A stretch of 64,000 bases of DNA from Candidatus Woesearchaeota archaeon. Lineage in GTDB: Archaea; Nanobdellota; Nanobdellia; Pacearchaeales; GW2011-AR1. Positions 26,327-34,297 of this stretch are shown piece by piece. The DNA is taken from the NCBI GenBank assembly GCA_964544395.1, contig CAZJAO010000001.1, forward strand, positions 41,185 to 105,184, read 5' to 3'. Position 1 is the stretch's first letter. The number at the start of each line of letters is the position of its first letter. Position numbers and translations under genes: made by a program. The notes under the pieces are model-generated. The model made no database searches. It saw only the letters and a program-made list of their open reading frames with translations, and was not told the DNA's origin.

Positions 26327-28927
26327 ATGACAAAAATCACAGAAGCAGAAAAAAGCGAAAGCTCTGAAATCAAGAAAATCCTTCATCCTCTTGTTAGAGA
26401 TTGGTTCTTTTCCAAATTCAAGGATTTCTCGCCTACTCAAGAATATGGAGTTTTGAACATCTGGAATAGAAAAGACATCCTTATTTCAGCACCAACAGGG
26501 GGAACAAAAACTCTTACAGCTTTTCTATCAATTCTTAATTACTTAGTTATTCAGGCTGAAAATGGAAGTTTGGAAGACAGAATCTACGCGGTTTATACTT
26601 CTCCATTGAAAGCTCTTAGCAATGATATTCACAAGAATCTAATTGAACCTCTTGAAGAAATAAACAAATTGGCTGAAGAAAGAGGAATTAAGTTGCAGAA
26701 AATTCGTGTTGGTTTGAGAACAGGCGATACAACAACAGCAGAAAGAGCAAAGATGGCAAGAAAAGCGCCCCATATTTTTGTTACAACACCAGAATCATTG
26801 GCAATTGTCTTAACAAGTCCAAAATTTGTTGATAATATGAGGGCAGTAGAATTCTGCATAGTGGATGAGATTCACGCTTTTGATAACAAAAGAGGAGTCT
26901 ATTTGAGCTTGACTTTGGAAAGGTTGAATGAAATAAGCAACATCTGGCCTACAAAGGTTGGATTGAGTGCAACAATAGAGCCGATGGAAGAAGTCGGAAT
27001 GTTCCTTGTCGGAGAAGGAGATGAAAGAGAAGTTGCAATCGCAAGAGTTCCAATGACAAAGAAATTGGATATAGCTGTTCTTACACCTACAAAAGATTTG
27101 ATTGAAGATGTAAATATTTTCAACGGCATGTATGATCTGCTTGGAAAGTTAATTCGTGAACATAAAACAACTTTGATTTTTACTAATACAAGGTCTGCAA
27201 CAGAAAGGATTGTAAATAATCTGAAAGAAAAATTCCCAACAGAATATGGGGAAGATAATATCGCAGCACATCATTCTTCTCTTTCAAAAGCCCATAGGTT
27301 TGATGTAGAAGAAAAATTAAGAAATGGAGAATTAAAAGTTGTTGTATGTTCTACGTCTTTGGAATTGGGAATTGATATTGGTTATATCGATTTGGTTATT
27401 ATGATTGGTTCGCCAAAATCTTCAGCAAGAGCATTGCAAAGATTAGGAAGAGCAGGACACAAATTGCACGATATAGCCAAAGGAAGATTCATTGTAACAG
27501 AAAGAGATGATTTAGTTGAATGTTCTGTAATCCAGAAAGAAATGATTGAAAAGAAAATCAACAAGGTATATTTCCCTAAGAATTGCCTTGATGTTCTTGC
27601 ACAGCAGATTTATGGAATGGCTATTTACAAAATCTGGGATATTGAAGAGCTTTTCAAGACAATAAAAGGAAGCTATTGTTATGCAACTCTTCCAAAGAAA
27701 GACTTTTTGGATATTATTAGTTATCTTGCAGGAGAATACGATTTAGAAAAGAATTATGTCTATGGAAAAATCTGGTATGACCCAATTACAAAGCAGGTTG
27801 GAAAGAAAGGAAAGATGGCAAGAGTTTTGTACATGACGAATATTGGAACAATTCCTGATGAATCTTTCATAACAGTAAAATTAGCAAAGACACAGGAGCA
27901 GATTGGGTTCATTGATGAAGGTTTCATGGAAAGAATGAAGAAAGGAGATGTTTTCGTTCTTGGAGGAAAGAAATATCAGTTCTCTTATTCAAGAGGAATG
28001 AATCTTTATGTTAATTCAGCAGAACAGCTTTCTCCTACAATTCCTTCATGGTTTTCAGAAATGCTTCCTTTAAGTTTTGATTCTGGCTTGGAAATAAACA
28101 GATTCAGGTTCATGATGCATGAAAGATTCTCTTCTAATAAACCAAGAAAAGAAATTGAAGAATTCATTTGTGAATATCTTTACATTCCTATTGAAACAGC
28201 AAGAAAGATTTATGATTATTTTTACGAACAGCACAAGTTCCTTGGAATTCCAAATGAAAAGTTGATGATTGTTGAAAGATACAAGGGAGAAAAGAAATTC
28301 TTAATTTTCCATAGCATGTATGGCCGTCGTGTGAACGATGCACTTTCAAGAGCATTCGGTTTCATTGTTGGACAAGAAGGAGAAAGAGATGTTGAAATGG
28401 GAATAAATGATAATGGATTTTATCTTGCAGGAGAAAAATTCTTGAATATTGAAAAAGCTCTCAACTCTTTAACGCCAGATAATATAGAAGAAGTTTTGAA
28501 AGAAGCAATTGAAAAGACAGATGTTCTTGCAAGAAGATTCCGACATTGTGCCACGAGAAGTTTAATGATTCTTAGAAATTACAAGGGAAATAATAAGACG
28601 GTTGGAAAGCAGCAAATGAAATCTCACTTCCTCTTGCACGCAGTAAAAAAGATAACAAATGAATTCCCAATCCTCCGTGAAGCCAGACGAGAAGTTTTGG
28701 AGGATTTGATGGATGTTCAGAATGCAAAGAAAGTTCTTCAATGGATAAAAGACGGAAAAGTAAAACTCAAGTTCATTGATACGATTCTCCCCTCTCCTTT
28801 TGCAACCAATCTCATCATCCAAGGTTATAGCGACCTCATCAGGATAGAAGACAAGCAGAACTTCCTCAGAAGAATGCATGAGCTCCACATGAAAGAGATT
28901 TCAAGGGGAATGGGACTGGAATTTTAA
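26327..28927 (+). CDS. lhr: Lhr-like (Lhr-core) ATP-dependent DEAD/DEAH-box helicase
   Basis: Q-motif/Walker A (FSPTQEYGV...LISAPTGGTKT), DEIH (VDEIHAF), SAT-like (LSATIEP), motif VI (QRLGRAGH), and a long C-terminal Lhr-associated region; 866 aa. Confidence 0.8.
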   Translation: MTKITEAEKSESSEIKKILHPLVRDWFFSKFKDFSPTQEYGVLNIWNRKDILISAPTGGTKTLTAFLSILNYLVIQAENGSLEDRIYAVYTSPLKALSNDIHKNLIEPLEEINKLAEERGIKLQKIRVGLRTGDTTTAERAKMARKAPHIFVTTPESLAIVLTSPKFVDNMRAVEFCIVDEIHAFDNKRGVYLSLTLERLNEISNIWPTKVGLSATIEPMEEVGMFLVGEGDEREVAIARVPMTKKLDIAVLTPTKDLIEDVNIFNGMYDLLGKLIREHKTTLIFTNTRSATERIVNNLKEKFPTEYGEDNIAAHHSSLSKAHRFDVEEKLRNGELKVVVCSTSLELGIDIGYIDLVIMIGSPKSSARALQRLGRAGHKLHDIAKGRFIVTERDDLVECSVIQKEMIEKKINKVYFPKNCLDVLAQQIYGMAIYKIWDIEELFKTIKGSYCYATLPKKDFLDIISYLAGEYDLEKNYVYGKIWYDPITKQVGKKGKMARVLYMTNIGTIPDESFITVKLAKTQEQIGFIDEGFMERMKKGDVFVLGGKKYQFSYSRGMNLYVNSAEQLSPTIPSWFSEMLPLSFDSGLEINRFRFMMHERFSSNKPRKEIEEFICEYLYIPIETARKIYDYFYEQHKFLGIPNEKLMIVERYKGEKKFLIFHSMYGRRVNDALSRAFGFIVGQEGERDVEMGINDNGFYLAGEKFLNIEKALNSLTPDNIEEVLKEAIEKTDVLARRFRHCATRSLMILRNYKGNNKTVGKQQMKSHFLLHAVKKITNEFPILREARREVLEDLMDVQNAKKVLQWIKDGKVKLKFIDTILPSPFATNLIIQGYSDLIRIEDKQNFLRRMHELHMKEISRGMGLEF

Positions 28928-29018
28928 GAATTATTGTCCTTCACTTTTAACTCAAAAAATAACTAGAAATATAAAAAATCTCCCCACACAAAGAAAATAA
29001 AAAAAATAAAATTTGTTC

Positions 29019-29216
29019 TTACTTGCACATCTTGCAGCCAGGCATTAGCAATTCAATCAATCCCCATAAAACAAGGATTCCTCCGATGAATGCTACCCAG
29101 TTCAAAAAGCCCCAGTACATGTTTGCAAGGATAAGTATACCAAGAATTAACATCTTAGCCCCCATCATTTTCTTGTGTACCATCCAGTGCTTGCTGTCGT
29201 TCATATCTTTTGCCAT
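29019..29216 (-). CDS. hypothetical small 2-TM membrane protein
   Basis: 65 aa, two hydrophobic helices, C-terminal CKMCK. Confidence 0.35.
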   Translation of the reverse strand: MAKDMNDSKHWMVHKKMMGAKMLILGILILANMYWGFLNWVAFIGGILVLWGLIELLMPGCKMCK

Positions 29217-29246
29217 TTATTTACCTCCTTTCATTCTCATTTAGTA

Positions 29247-29447
29247 TTATCTCCCTCTGTAAATACGATTAACAATTATACCGATGCCGATAACTATCAA
29301 AATTAATGGAACCCAAGGAAGACTTATTGTCAGGACATTAAGTTCATTCAAGAACCAAACTACCCCAATCAATAAAATGAGAATTCCAAAAATTGGAAAC
29401 ACTCTTCCTTTATGTCTTGCATGCCTTTCACTTCTTTTTCTTGCCAT
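29247..29447 (-). CDS. hypothetical small 2-TM membrane protein
   Basis: 66 aa, basic N-terminus MARKRSERHARHKGR followed by two TM helices. Confidence 0.35.
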   Translation of the reverse strand: MARKRSERHARHKGRVFPIFGILILLIGVVWFLNELNVLTISLPWVPLILIVIGIGIIVNRIYRGR

Positions 29448-29461
29448 CTTTTTTAGTATGA

Positions 29462-29623
29462 TTAAAATTGTCCTGTCTCAGTAAATTTCTTCATCAGCTT
29501 TTCAGTAATGATTTGTGGAGCAAAACCTTTTCTGCTGCATGCTTTTACAAACTCATCATAAGTTTGTCGGTCAATGTTCCAATCAATCTTCATTTTCTGC
29601 GGGCCTTTTGGATATGATGCCAT
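29462..29623 (-). CDS. hypothetical small protein (53 aa)
   Basis: manual translation gives MASYPKGPQKMKIDWNIDRQTYDEFVKACSRKGFAPQIITEKLMKKFTETGQF; below the ORF-track cutoff. Confidence 0.3.
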   Translation of the reverse strand: MASYPKGPQKMKIDWNIDRQTYDEFVKACSRKGFAPQIITEKLMKKFTETGQF

Positions 29624-29653
29624 AATGAAATTATAAAAAAGAACTTTATAAAT

Positions 29654-30028
29654 TTATTTCATCGCTTCTTTGGATTCATTCATTTCTGCTTGTTCTTTTA
29701 GAATTTGTTTTATTATTGTAGCTGGCACTTTTTGGTCGAACTTGATTTGTATTCTTTTTTGTCCTGTTGCATAACCCTCTTTTTCAAGCGTTTTACAATC
29801 GCTATCTTGAATATCTGAACCAAAGCCTAAGGCAACGTGATGTTTGTATTCAGCAAAGTGTGTAAGGATGCCGTGATATTTATATAATGGAAAGCCCCAG
29901 CTTATTCCTTCTTCTGCGCCAGGCACTGCCGATTTTATTATCGCTCTTATTTCTCTAAGTTTAGATTGCGCGTCTTTTGAAGCGCTTGCAATATATTCAT
30001 CAACGTTTTTTACTGAATAGTTTTTCAT
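29654..30028 (-). CDS. DUF1801 (YdhG-like) domain protein
   Basis: ISWGFPLYKYHGILTHFAEYKHHVALGF matches the DUF1801 core; 124 aa. Confidence 0.65.
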   Translation of the reverse strand: MKNYSVKNVDEYIASASKDAQSKLREIRAIIKSAVPGAEEGISWGFPLYKYHGILTHFAEYKHHVALGFGSDIQDSDCKTLEKEGYATGQKRIQIKFDQKVPATIIKQILKEQAEMNESKEAMK

Positions 30029-30189
30029 AAAGTTAATTTAAATTTTTTCTTTGTAACAGCGCTAACAGAATTTTTATGTCCACAATGAGGACAACTAATC
30101 TGTTGGGTCATTCTTCCAGTCAGCATCTCTGGTAAAATTCCAAAAAACTTTCCGCACCTACGACTTCTACATTTCTGTAAAAATCTCAT
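30025..30189 (-). CDS. small zinc-ribbon protein (54 aa), translationally coupled to the DUF1801 gene
   Basis: manual translation gives MRFLQKCRSRRCGKFFGILPEMLTGRMTQQISCPHCGHKNSVSAVTKKKFKLTL; Cx5C...CxxC; its TGA overlaps the ATG of the downstream gene (ATGA). Confidence 0.4.
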   Translation of the reverse strand: MRFLQKCRSRRCGKFFGILPEMLTGRMTQQISCPHCGHKNSVSAVTKKKFKLTL

Positions 30190-30239
30190 ATTTTATATTA
30201 GACAGTGAACTATATAAATATTAAGAAAGAAAATTTTAT

Positions 30240-30995
30240 ATGAAACTTTCAGAAATCAAAAACAAAGGGCAGGGATATATCTTCATAGACAAGACTGTAT
30301 TTTTCCCTGAGCTTGGAATTCTAGCTGTTGGTGATTTGCATTTGGGCTATGAATTAATGTTAAGGCAGTCTGGGGTCGGTTTGCCTGAATCTCAAATTGA
30401 TGAAATCATAGATGATTTGAAAAAAACATTTGCTAAGATAAAAGAATCGGGTTTTTCTGTAAAAAAGATAATTTTTCTTGGAGATATAAAGCATTACTTT
30501 GGATTTGAATACAAGGAAAGAAGAATTTTCGATGAAATTTTGGATTTTCTTAAAACTTATTTTGAAGACAAGGATATTATCTTGATAAAGGGAAATCATG
30601 ACAAGATGGATTATTCTGGAAAGAAAATGAAAAATTATCTTATCAAGGATGGCGTCTGTTTCATTCACGGGCACATTGCTTTTCCTGAAATTTATGACAA
30701 AGAAGTAAAGACAATTGTGATGGGGCACTTGCATCCTTCAGTAATAATATCAGACCGAGCAAATGTGAAGAGAGAAAAATTCAAATGCTTCCTTGTAGGA
30801 AAATTCCATGACAAGCAAATCATAATTCTTCCAAGCTTCTTCGAAACAATTGAAGGAACAAGTGTTAATGATTATGGAGAAGATTACCAGAATTATTTTT
30901 CAATAGTTCCAAAAGATGTTGTCATGAATTCAGAAATTTTCGTAATTGGAAAAGATGAAGTTTATGATTTCGGGAAAGTCAAGAATTTGGATTAA
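30240..30995 (+). CDS. metallophosphoesterase with Mre11/SbcD-like HLGY N-terminal motif (short, 251 aa)
   Basis: GILAVGDLHLGYE, IIFLGDIKH, IKGNHD, GHIHP/GHLHP motifs of the calcineurin-like fold; the DxHLGY motif resembles Mre11/SbcD nucleases but the protein is far shorter. Confidence 0.7.
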   Translation: MKLSEIKNKGQGYIFIDKTVFFPELGILAVGDLHLGYELMLRQSGVGLPESQIDEIIDDLKKTFAKIKESGFSVKKIIFLGDIKHYFGFEYKERRIFDEILDFLKTYFEDKDIILIKGNHDKMDYSGKKMKNYLIKDGVCFIHGHIAFPEIYDKEVKTIVMGHLHPSVIISDRANVKREKFKCFLVGKFHDKQIIILPSFFETIEGTSVNDYGEDYQNYFSIVPKDVVMNSEIFVIGKDEVYDFGKVKNLD

Positions 30996-31288
30996 AAAAA
31001 TTTATATATTCCTTGTCCTCCTTAATTAAAGATGGTGATGCAGTATAAATTAAAAGGAGAAACTCGCTGGAAGAAATATCCTGGCAAAGACAAGATTGAG
31101 GGTTCTGTAAGCAAATACAATTTCAGATTGCTTAACGCATCAAAAACAAAAGTTCTCGTTCCTTCGGGGTCATATGCAAAAGTCCTAAAAAGATTCAGGC
31201 AGATAGAATTCTTCAAACACAGATAAAGCTCAAACCATATTAAATAAAAAGAATAATAGAAATATTTTATATAAAGTTTTTGGAAGAA

Positions 31289-31513
31289 TTATCTTTTTTT
31301 CTTTTTTCCCTTTCTTCTGAAAATTTCTGAGACATCTTTTTTTACCCGTACCGCTTCATCCTTAAGGTCAACTATCGCTCCAGCAACCTTCTGAACTTTT
31401 TTCTTCTGGGTTGTATCACTCTTTAATTCCTTAGCTGATTTTTTAATAGAATGTTTTATCTTCTTAGAAGCAGACTTCAATTTCTTCTTGCCCCTCTTAA
31501 CCACCTTATTCAT
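31289..31513 (-). CDS. hypothetical highly basic (Lys-rich) small protein
   Basis: 74 aa, >35% Lys/Arg, ATG start. Confidence 0.4.
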   Translation of the reverse strand: MNKVVKRGKKKLKSASKKIKHSIKKSAKELKSDTTQKKKVQKVAGAIVDLKDEAVRVKKDVSEIFRRKGKKKKR

Positions 31514-31555
31514 TATAATATATACTTTGCAGAATATATAAAGCTATCTTAAAAA

Positions 31556-31629
31556 TGGCCCCGATGGGATTTGGACCCACGACACCTAGATTAAGAGTCT
31601 AGTGCTCTACCAAGCTGAGCTACGGAGCC
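31556..31629 (-). tRNA. tRNA-Lys (anticodon CUU)
   Basis: reverse complement folds as GGCTCCG-TA-GCTC-AGCTTGGTA-GAGC-A-CTAGA-CTCTTAA-TCTAG-GTGTC-GTGGG-TCCAAAT-CCCAT-CGGGGCC-A; anticodon CTT; T-loop has C at position 55 (TCCAAAT), which is unusual. Confidence 0.85.
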
Positions 31630-31689
31630 ATTAATTAATACAATTAAAATTTGAGAAAATTCTTTAAATATCTATCTCCTTATAATAAA

Positions 31690-31920
31690 ATGCCGAAAAA
31701 AATAATTGAGAAAGAAAAAATCAAACATAAAGACAGAGGCGAAGGAATTGTAAAAGAAAAAGATGTTTTTGCTGATTACAAGCATAAATGCAAAAAGTGT
31801 GGCTATGGAAAAGCAGAAGTCATGGATTTAGGCGCGCAATATTCTGATGAGAATGAATTAGTCATGATAAAATGCGGCAAATGCGGCTATACTGAAAGAG
31901 TCGATAAGAAAACGAGCTAA
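31690..31920 (+). CDS. TFIIS-type C-terminal zinc-ribbon protein (TFS/RpoM paralog lacking the N-terminal ribbon)
   Basis: CKKCGYGKAEVMDLGAQYSDENELVMIKCGKCGY follows the CxxC-x(n)-CxxC TFIIS-ribbon spacing, with an acidic loop (SDENE) in the position of the TFS RSADE hairpin; the ORF-track start at 31651 is TTG, the ATG at 31690 is used. Confidence 0.4.
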   Translation: MPKKIIEKEKIKHKDRGEGIVKEKDVFADYKHKCKKCGYGKAEVMDLGAQYSDENELVMIKCGKCGYTERVDKKTS

Positions 31921-31961
31921 ACTATACAAATATTTATATTTCTTAATGTAGAAATCGAATT

Positions 31962-32393
31962 ATGATTGAAGGAATAGATTACATTGGAGTCACTATAGTT
32001 TCTTTTTGCCATGATGGTAATGGAAATTTTGTTATGGCAAAAAGAAAAGAGACTTGCAGAGATGAACAAGGGCGATGGGGTATCGGAGGCGGAGGATTGG
32101 AATTTGGAGAGAATGTAAAAGATACGTTAAGAAGAGAAATTAAAGAGGAGTATCTAACCGACGTATTAAATTATGAATTTTTAGGTTACAGAGATGTTCA
32201 TCGGCAAAATAATGGAAGCCCAACTCACTAGGTTGCTTTGGATTTCAAGGTTTTAGTTGATAGTAATAAAGTAAAGAATGGAGAACCGCACAAATTTGAT
32301 GAAGTTAAATGGTTTAAATTAGACAATCTACCATCCCCGATGCATTCCCAATTTCCTACTTTTTTAGAATTGTATAAGAATAGAATCTATTAA
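31962..32393 (+). pseudogene. Nudix hydrolase gene interrupted by an in-frame TAG at 32229-32231
   Basis: Nudix box GGGLEFGENVKDTLRREIKEE in the first segment (31962-32231); the same frame continues after the TAG as VALDFKVLVDSNKVKNGEPHKFDEVKWFKLDNLPSPMHSQ...KNRIY (to 32393), giving a normal ~143-aa Nudix protein if read through. Confidence 0.6.
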
Positions 32394-32394
32394 T

Positions 32395-32712
32395 TTATCT
32401 GTATTCTCTTAAGGTATTAGAACACTTCGTGCACTTGAAGAATTTTGTCTCGGCCTCATCTCCTGAACGTGTTTGAACCGTCCAGAAATAAGCCTTGTCA
32501 TTTCCGCATTTTCTGCAGTTGAATGCAACTACTGGAAGAGGCTGTTCGCCCTTGTCAGCAACTATTCCTATATTCTCGTGTTCCTTCATTTTCTCAGAAC
32601 TCGTTATTTTCCCTTTTGCTTTGCTGGTCTTGCTGGAATATCCACATCTAGGACATCCAAGATTCTTTGTTTTTTGAATCATTACAGCACCACACTTCGG
32701 ACAAAATTCCAT
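32395..32712 (-). CDS. tfs: transcription factor S (TFS) / RNA polymerase subunit M
   Basis: N-terminal ribbon CPKCG...CPRCG and C-terminal TFIIS-type ribbon CRKCGNDKAYFWTVQTRSGDEAETKFFKCTKC with acidic hairpin (SGDE). Confidence 0.85.
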   Translation of the reverse strand: MEFCPKCGAVMIQKTKNLGCPRCGYSSKTSKAKGKITSSEKMKEHENIGIVADKGEQPLPVVAFNCRKCGNDKAYFWTVQTRSGDEAETKFFKCTKCSNTLREYR

Positions 32713-32753
32713 CTTAAAAGTATCCGTTATGAGATGAAGGATTGTTTAAAAAT

Positions 32754-33398
32754 TTAACTCTCTGTGCAGAAACCTCTTTCATAAACTGGCTTTTGGCTTT
32801 CATAAAAAATAAGCTTTGCCCAGCCAATATAAGGGACTATTCTAAAAAGTGCCTTTCCAACAAGTTGATCCTGGCTTATTCCATTTTCAAAGCTCAGCTG
32901 TCCGTTATTGTTATCTCCAATTGTTGAGAAGTAATATTTTCCGTTAGTCAAGGTTATGTTAATGACTCGATGAATTACTGGTGCCTGCTGTCCTGCGTTG
33001 AATATTATAACATCCCCTATTTTGATTTTCGCGGGATTAGCTCCTACAATAAATAATATGTCTCCTTTGTTAAATCCGTTTACAAAGCTAAAATGATCGA
33101 ATGCAGTCTGATTAATTCCAAGACTAGTATACTTTGTATCATGTCTTGAAAACCATGCAGTAAAATCTGAGAAGAGATTTCCGGAATGATACATGCTGCA
33201 CGATTCTACAATTGCAAGAGGAAGTGAAGTTCCCGTCGTCAAACTCAAGACAGGAAAGAAAATAAAACGTATGAAGACAAAAATGATTATCAAAGATAAA
33301 AGCCATCCCTTAAAGGAATTATCTTTCCATAACAAAAACCAAAATTTCTTGAAGAATTTTTTAATTTTACTTTTAGTCTCTTTTTTCTCTTCGCTCAT
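32754..33398 (-). CDS. signal peptidase I (archaeal/eukaryal Sec11-type, Ser-His)
   Basis: N-terminal TM; box B-like VESCSMYH (catalytic Ser), box D VIHRVI (catalytic His), box E GDNN. Confidence 0.75.
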   Translation of the reverse strand: MSEEKKETKSKIKKFFKKFWFLLWKDNSFKGWLLSLIIIFVFIRFIFFPVLSLTTGTSLPLAIVESCSMYHSGNLFSDFTAWFSRHDTKYTSLGINQTAFDHFSFVNGFNKGDILFIVGANPAKIKIGDVIIFNAGQQAPVIHRVINITLTNGKYYFSTIGDNNNGQLSFENGISQDQLVGKALFRIVPYIGWAKLIFYESQKPVYERGFCTES

Positions 33399-33436
33399 TG
33401 ATAACCTTATGATTCTGGATTTTTAAAATATATGAA

Positions 33437-33637
33437 TCAGTCGGTATTCCCGACTTCTTCCAAAATCTCAAGTTTCTTTATTGCTGTGAAAGGAATAAAA
33501 CCGGTTATAGATTTGGAATTCATGTCAATTAGTTCAACCATCTTTTTGTCATTATTTACAATTCCGACAACTTCATCATCAACATCTTCTTCGCTTGTGA
33601 TAAACTCTATTCTGAACTTGAAAACTTTTGTCGGCAT
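33437..33637 (-). CDS. hypothetical small acidic protein
   Basis: 66 aa ORF with ATG start; overlaps an opposite-strand ORF of similar size; orientation uncertain. Confidence 0.25.
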   Translation of the reverse strand: MPTKVFKFRIEFITSEEDVDDEVVGIVNNDKKMVELIDMNSKSITGFIPFTAIKKLEILEEVGNTD

Positions 33638-33727
33638 AAAATAATAAAGGATTTTCCATTTATTAATTATTTGCAGAAAACATTAAATTATTAAAGGATA
33701 TTATTTACAAAATATTAGGAGAATAAA

Positions 33728-33847
33728 ATGAATCTTAAAACAGGCGGAAGAAAGCAATCCAAGAAACTTTTCATGCAAAAAATAAGGGCACAGGCAAAAA
33801 AAGATGCTAAAAGGCTAAACAAAAAATATTCGCCTAAAAAAGCTTAA
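33728..33847 (+). CDS. tiny Lys/Arg-rich protein (39 aa), possible ribosomal or nucleic-acid-binding peptide
   Basis: manual translation gives MNLKTGGRKQSKKLFMQKIRAQAKKDAKRLNKKYSPKKA; strong SD AGGAGA 6 nt upstream of the ATG. Confidence 0.4.
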   Translation: MNLKTGGRKQSKKLFMQKIRAQAKKDAKRLNKKYSPKKA

Positions 33848-33928
33848 TTCTATTTGAATATAATGCCAGACTACCGAAATGTTTAAAAATATATCCGGCT
33901 ATGTGTATACAAGGTAATATACACTAAA

Positions 33929-34297
33929 ATGGGAGATATATTCGATAATACAATACTTTGCAACAAGTGCAATACTGAAATGAACAAGGTTAGCATTGCA
34001 AAAAATGGATTTCTATTAAGAGCAGTTGTTTGCCCAAAATGCAATGACAAGATAATTCATCCTGCTGATGAGGCAGAGTATGAGAAATTTGTAAATCTAA
34101 AAAATAAAGAATTTCACGTAAAGATGAGACTTGTTGGAAACAGTTATGCGGTCTCAATACCAAAAGAAATTGTTTCTTTCATGGAATCGCAAAAAAACAT
34201 GATGAATGAAATGGTAAGATTATGCTTTGAAGACATGGGAAGAGTTTCCCTAAATTTTGAAGAGCTTGCAAGGAGAAATATAAAACATGGCAACTAA
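33929..34297 (+). CDS. zinc-ribbon plus SpoVT/AbrB-like swapped-hairpin domain protein
   Basis: CNKCN...CPKCN ribbon; VGNSYAVSIPKEIV matches the AbrB/MazE-type motif; 3' end overlaps the cdc48 start by 11 nt. Confidence 0.5.
   Translation: MGDIFDNTILCNKCNTEMNKVSIAKNGFLLRAVVCPKCNDKIIHPADEAEYEKFVNLKNKEFHVKMRLVGNSYAVSIPKEIVSFMESQKNMMNEMVRLCFEDMGRVSLNFEELARRNIKHGN

Noticed and set aside
31022-31226. Overlapping opposite-strand 64-aa ORFs (31022-31216 minus, 31032-31226 plus)
   Set aside because: The strand cannot be decided from sequence alone. Neither has a recognisable motif or convincing SD, and the region may be non-coding.
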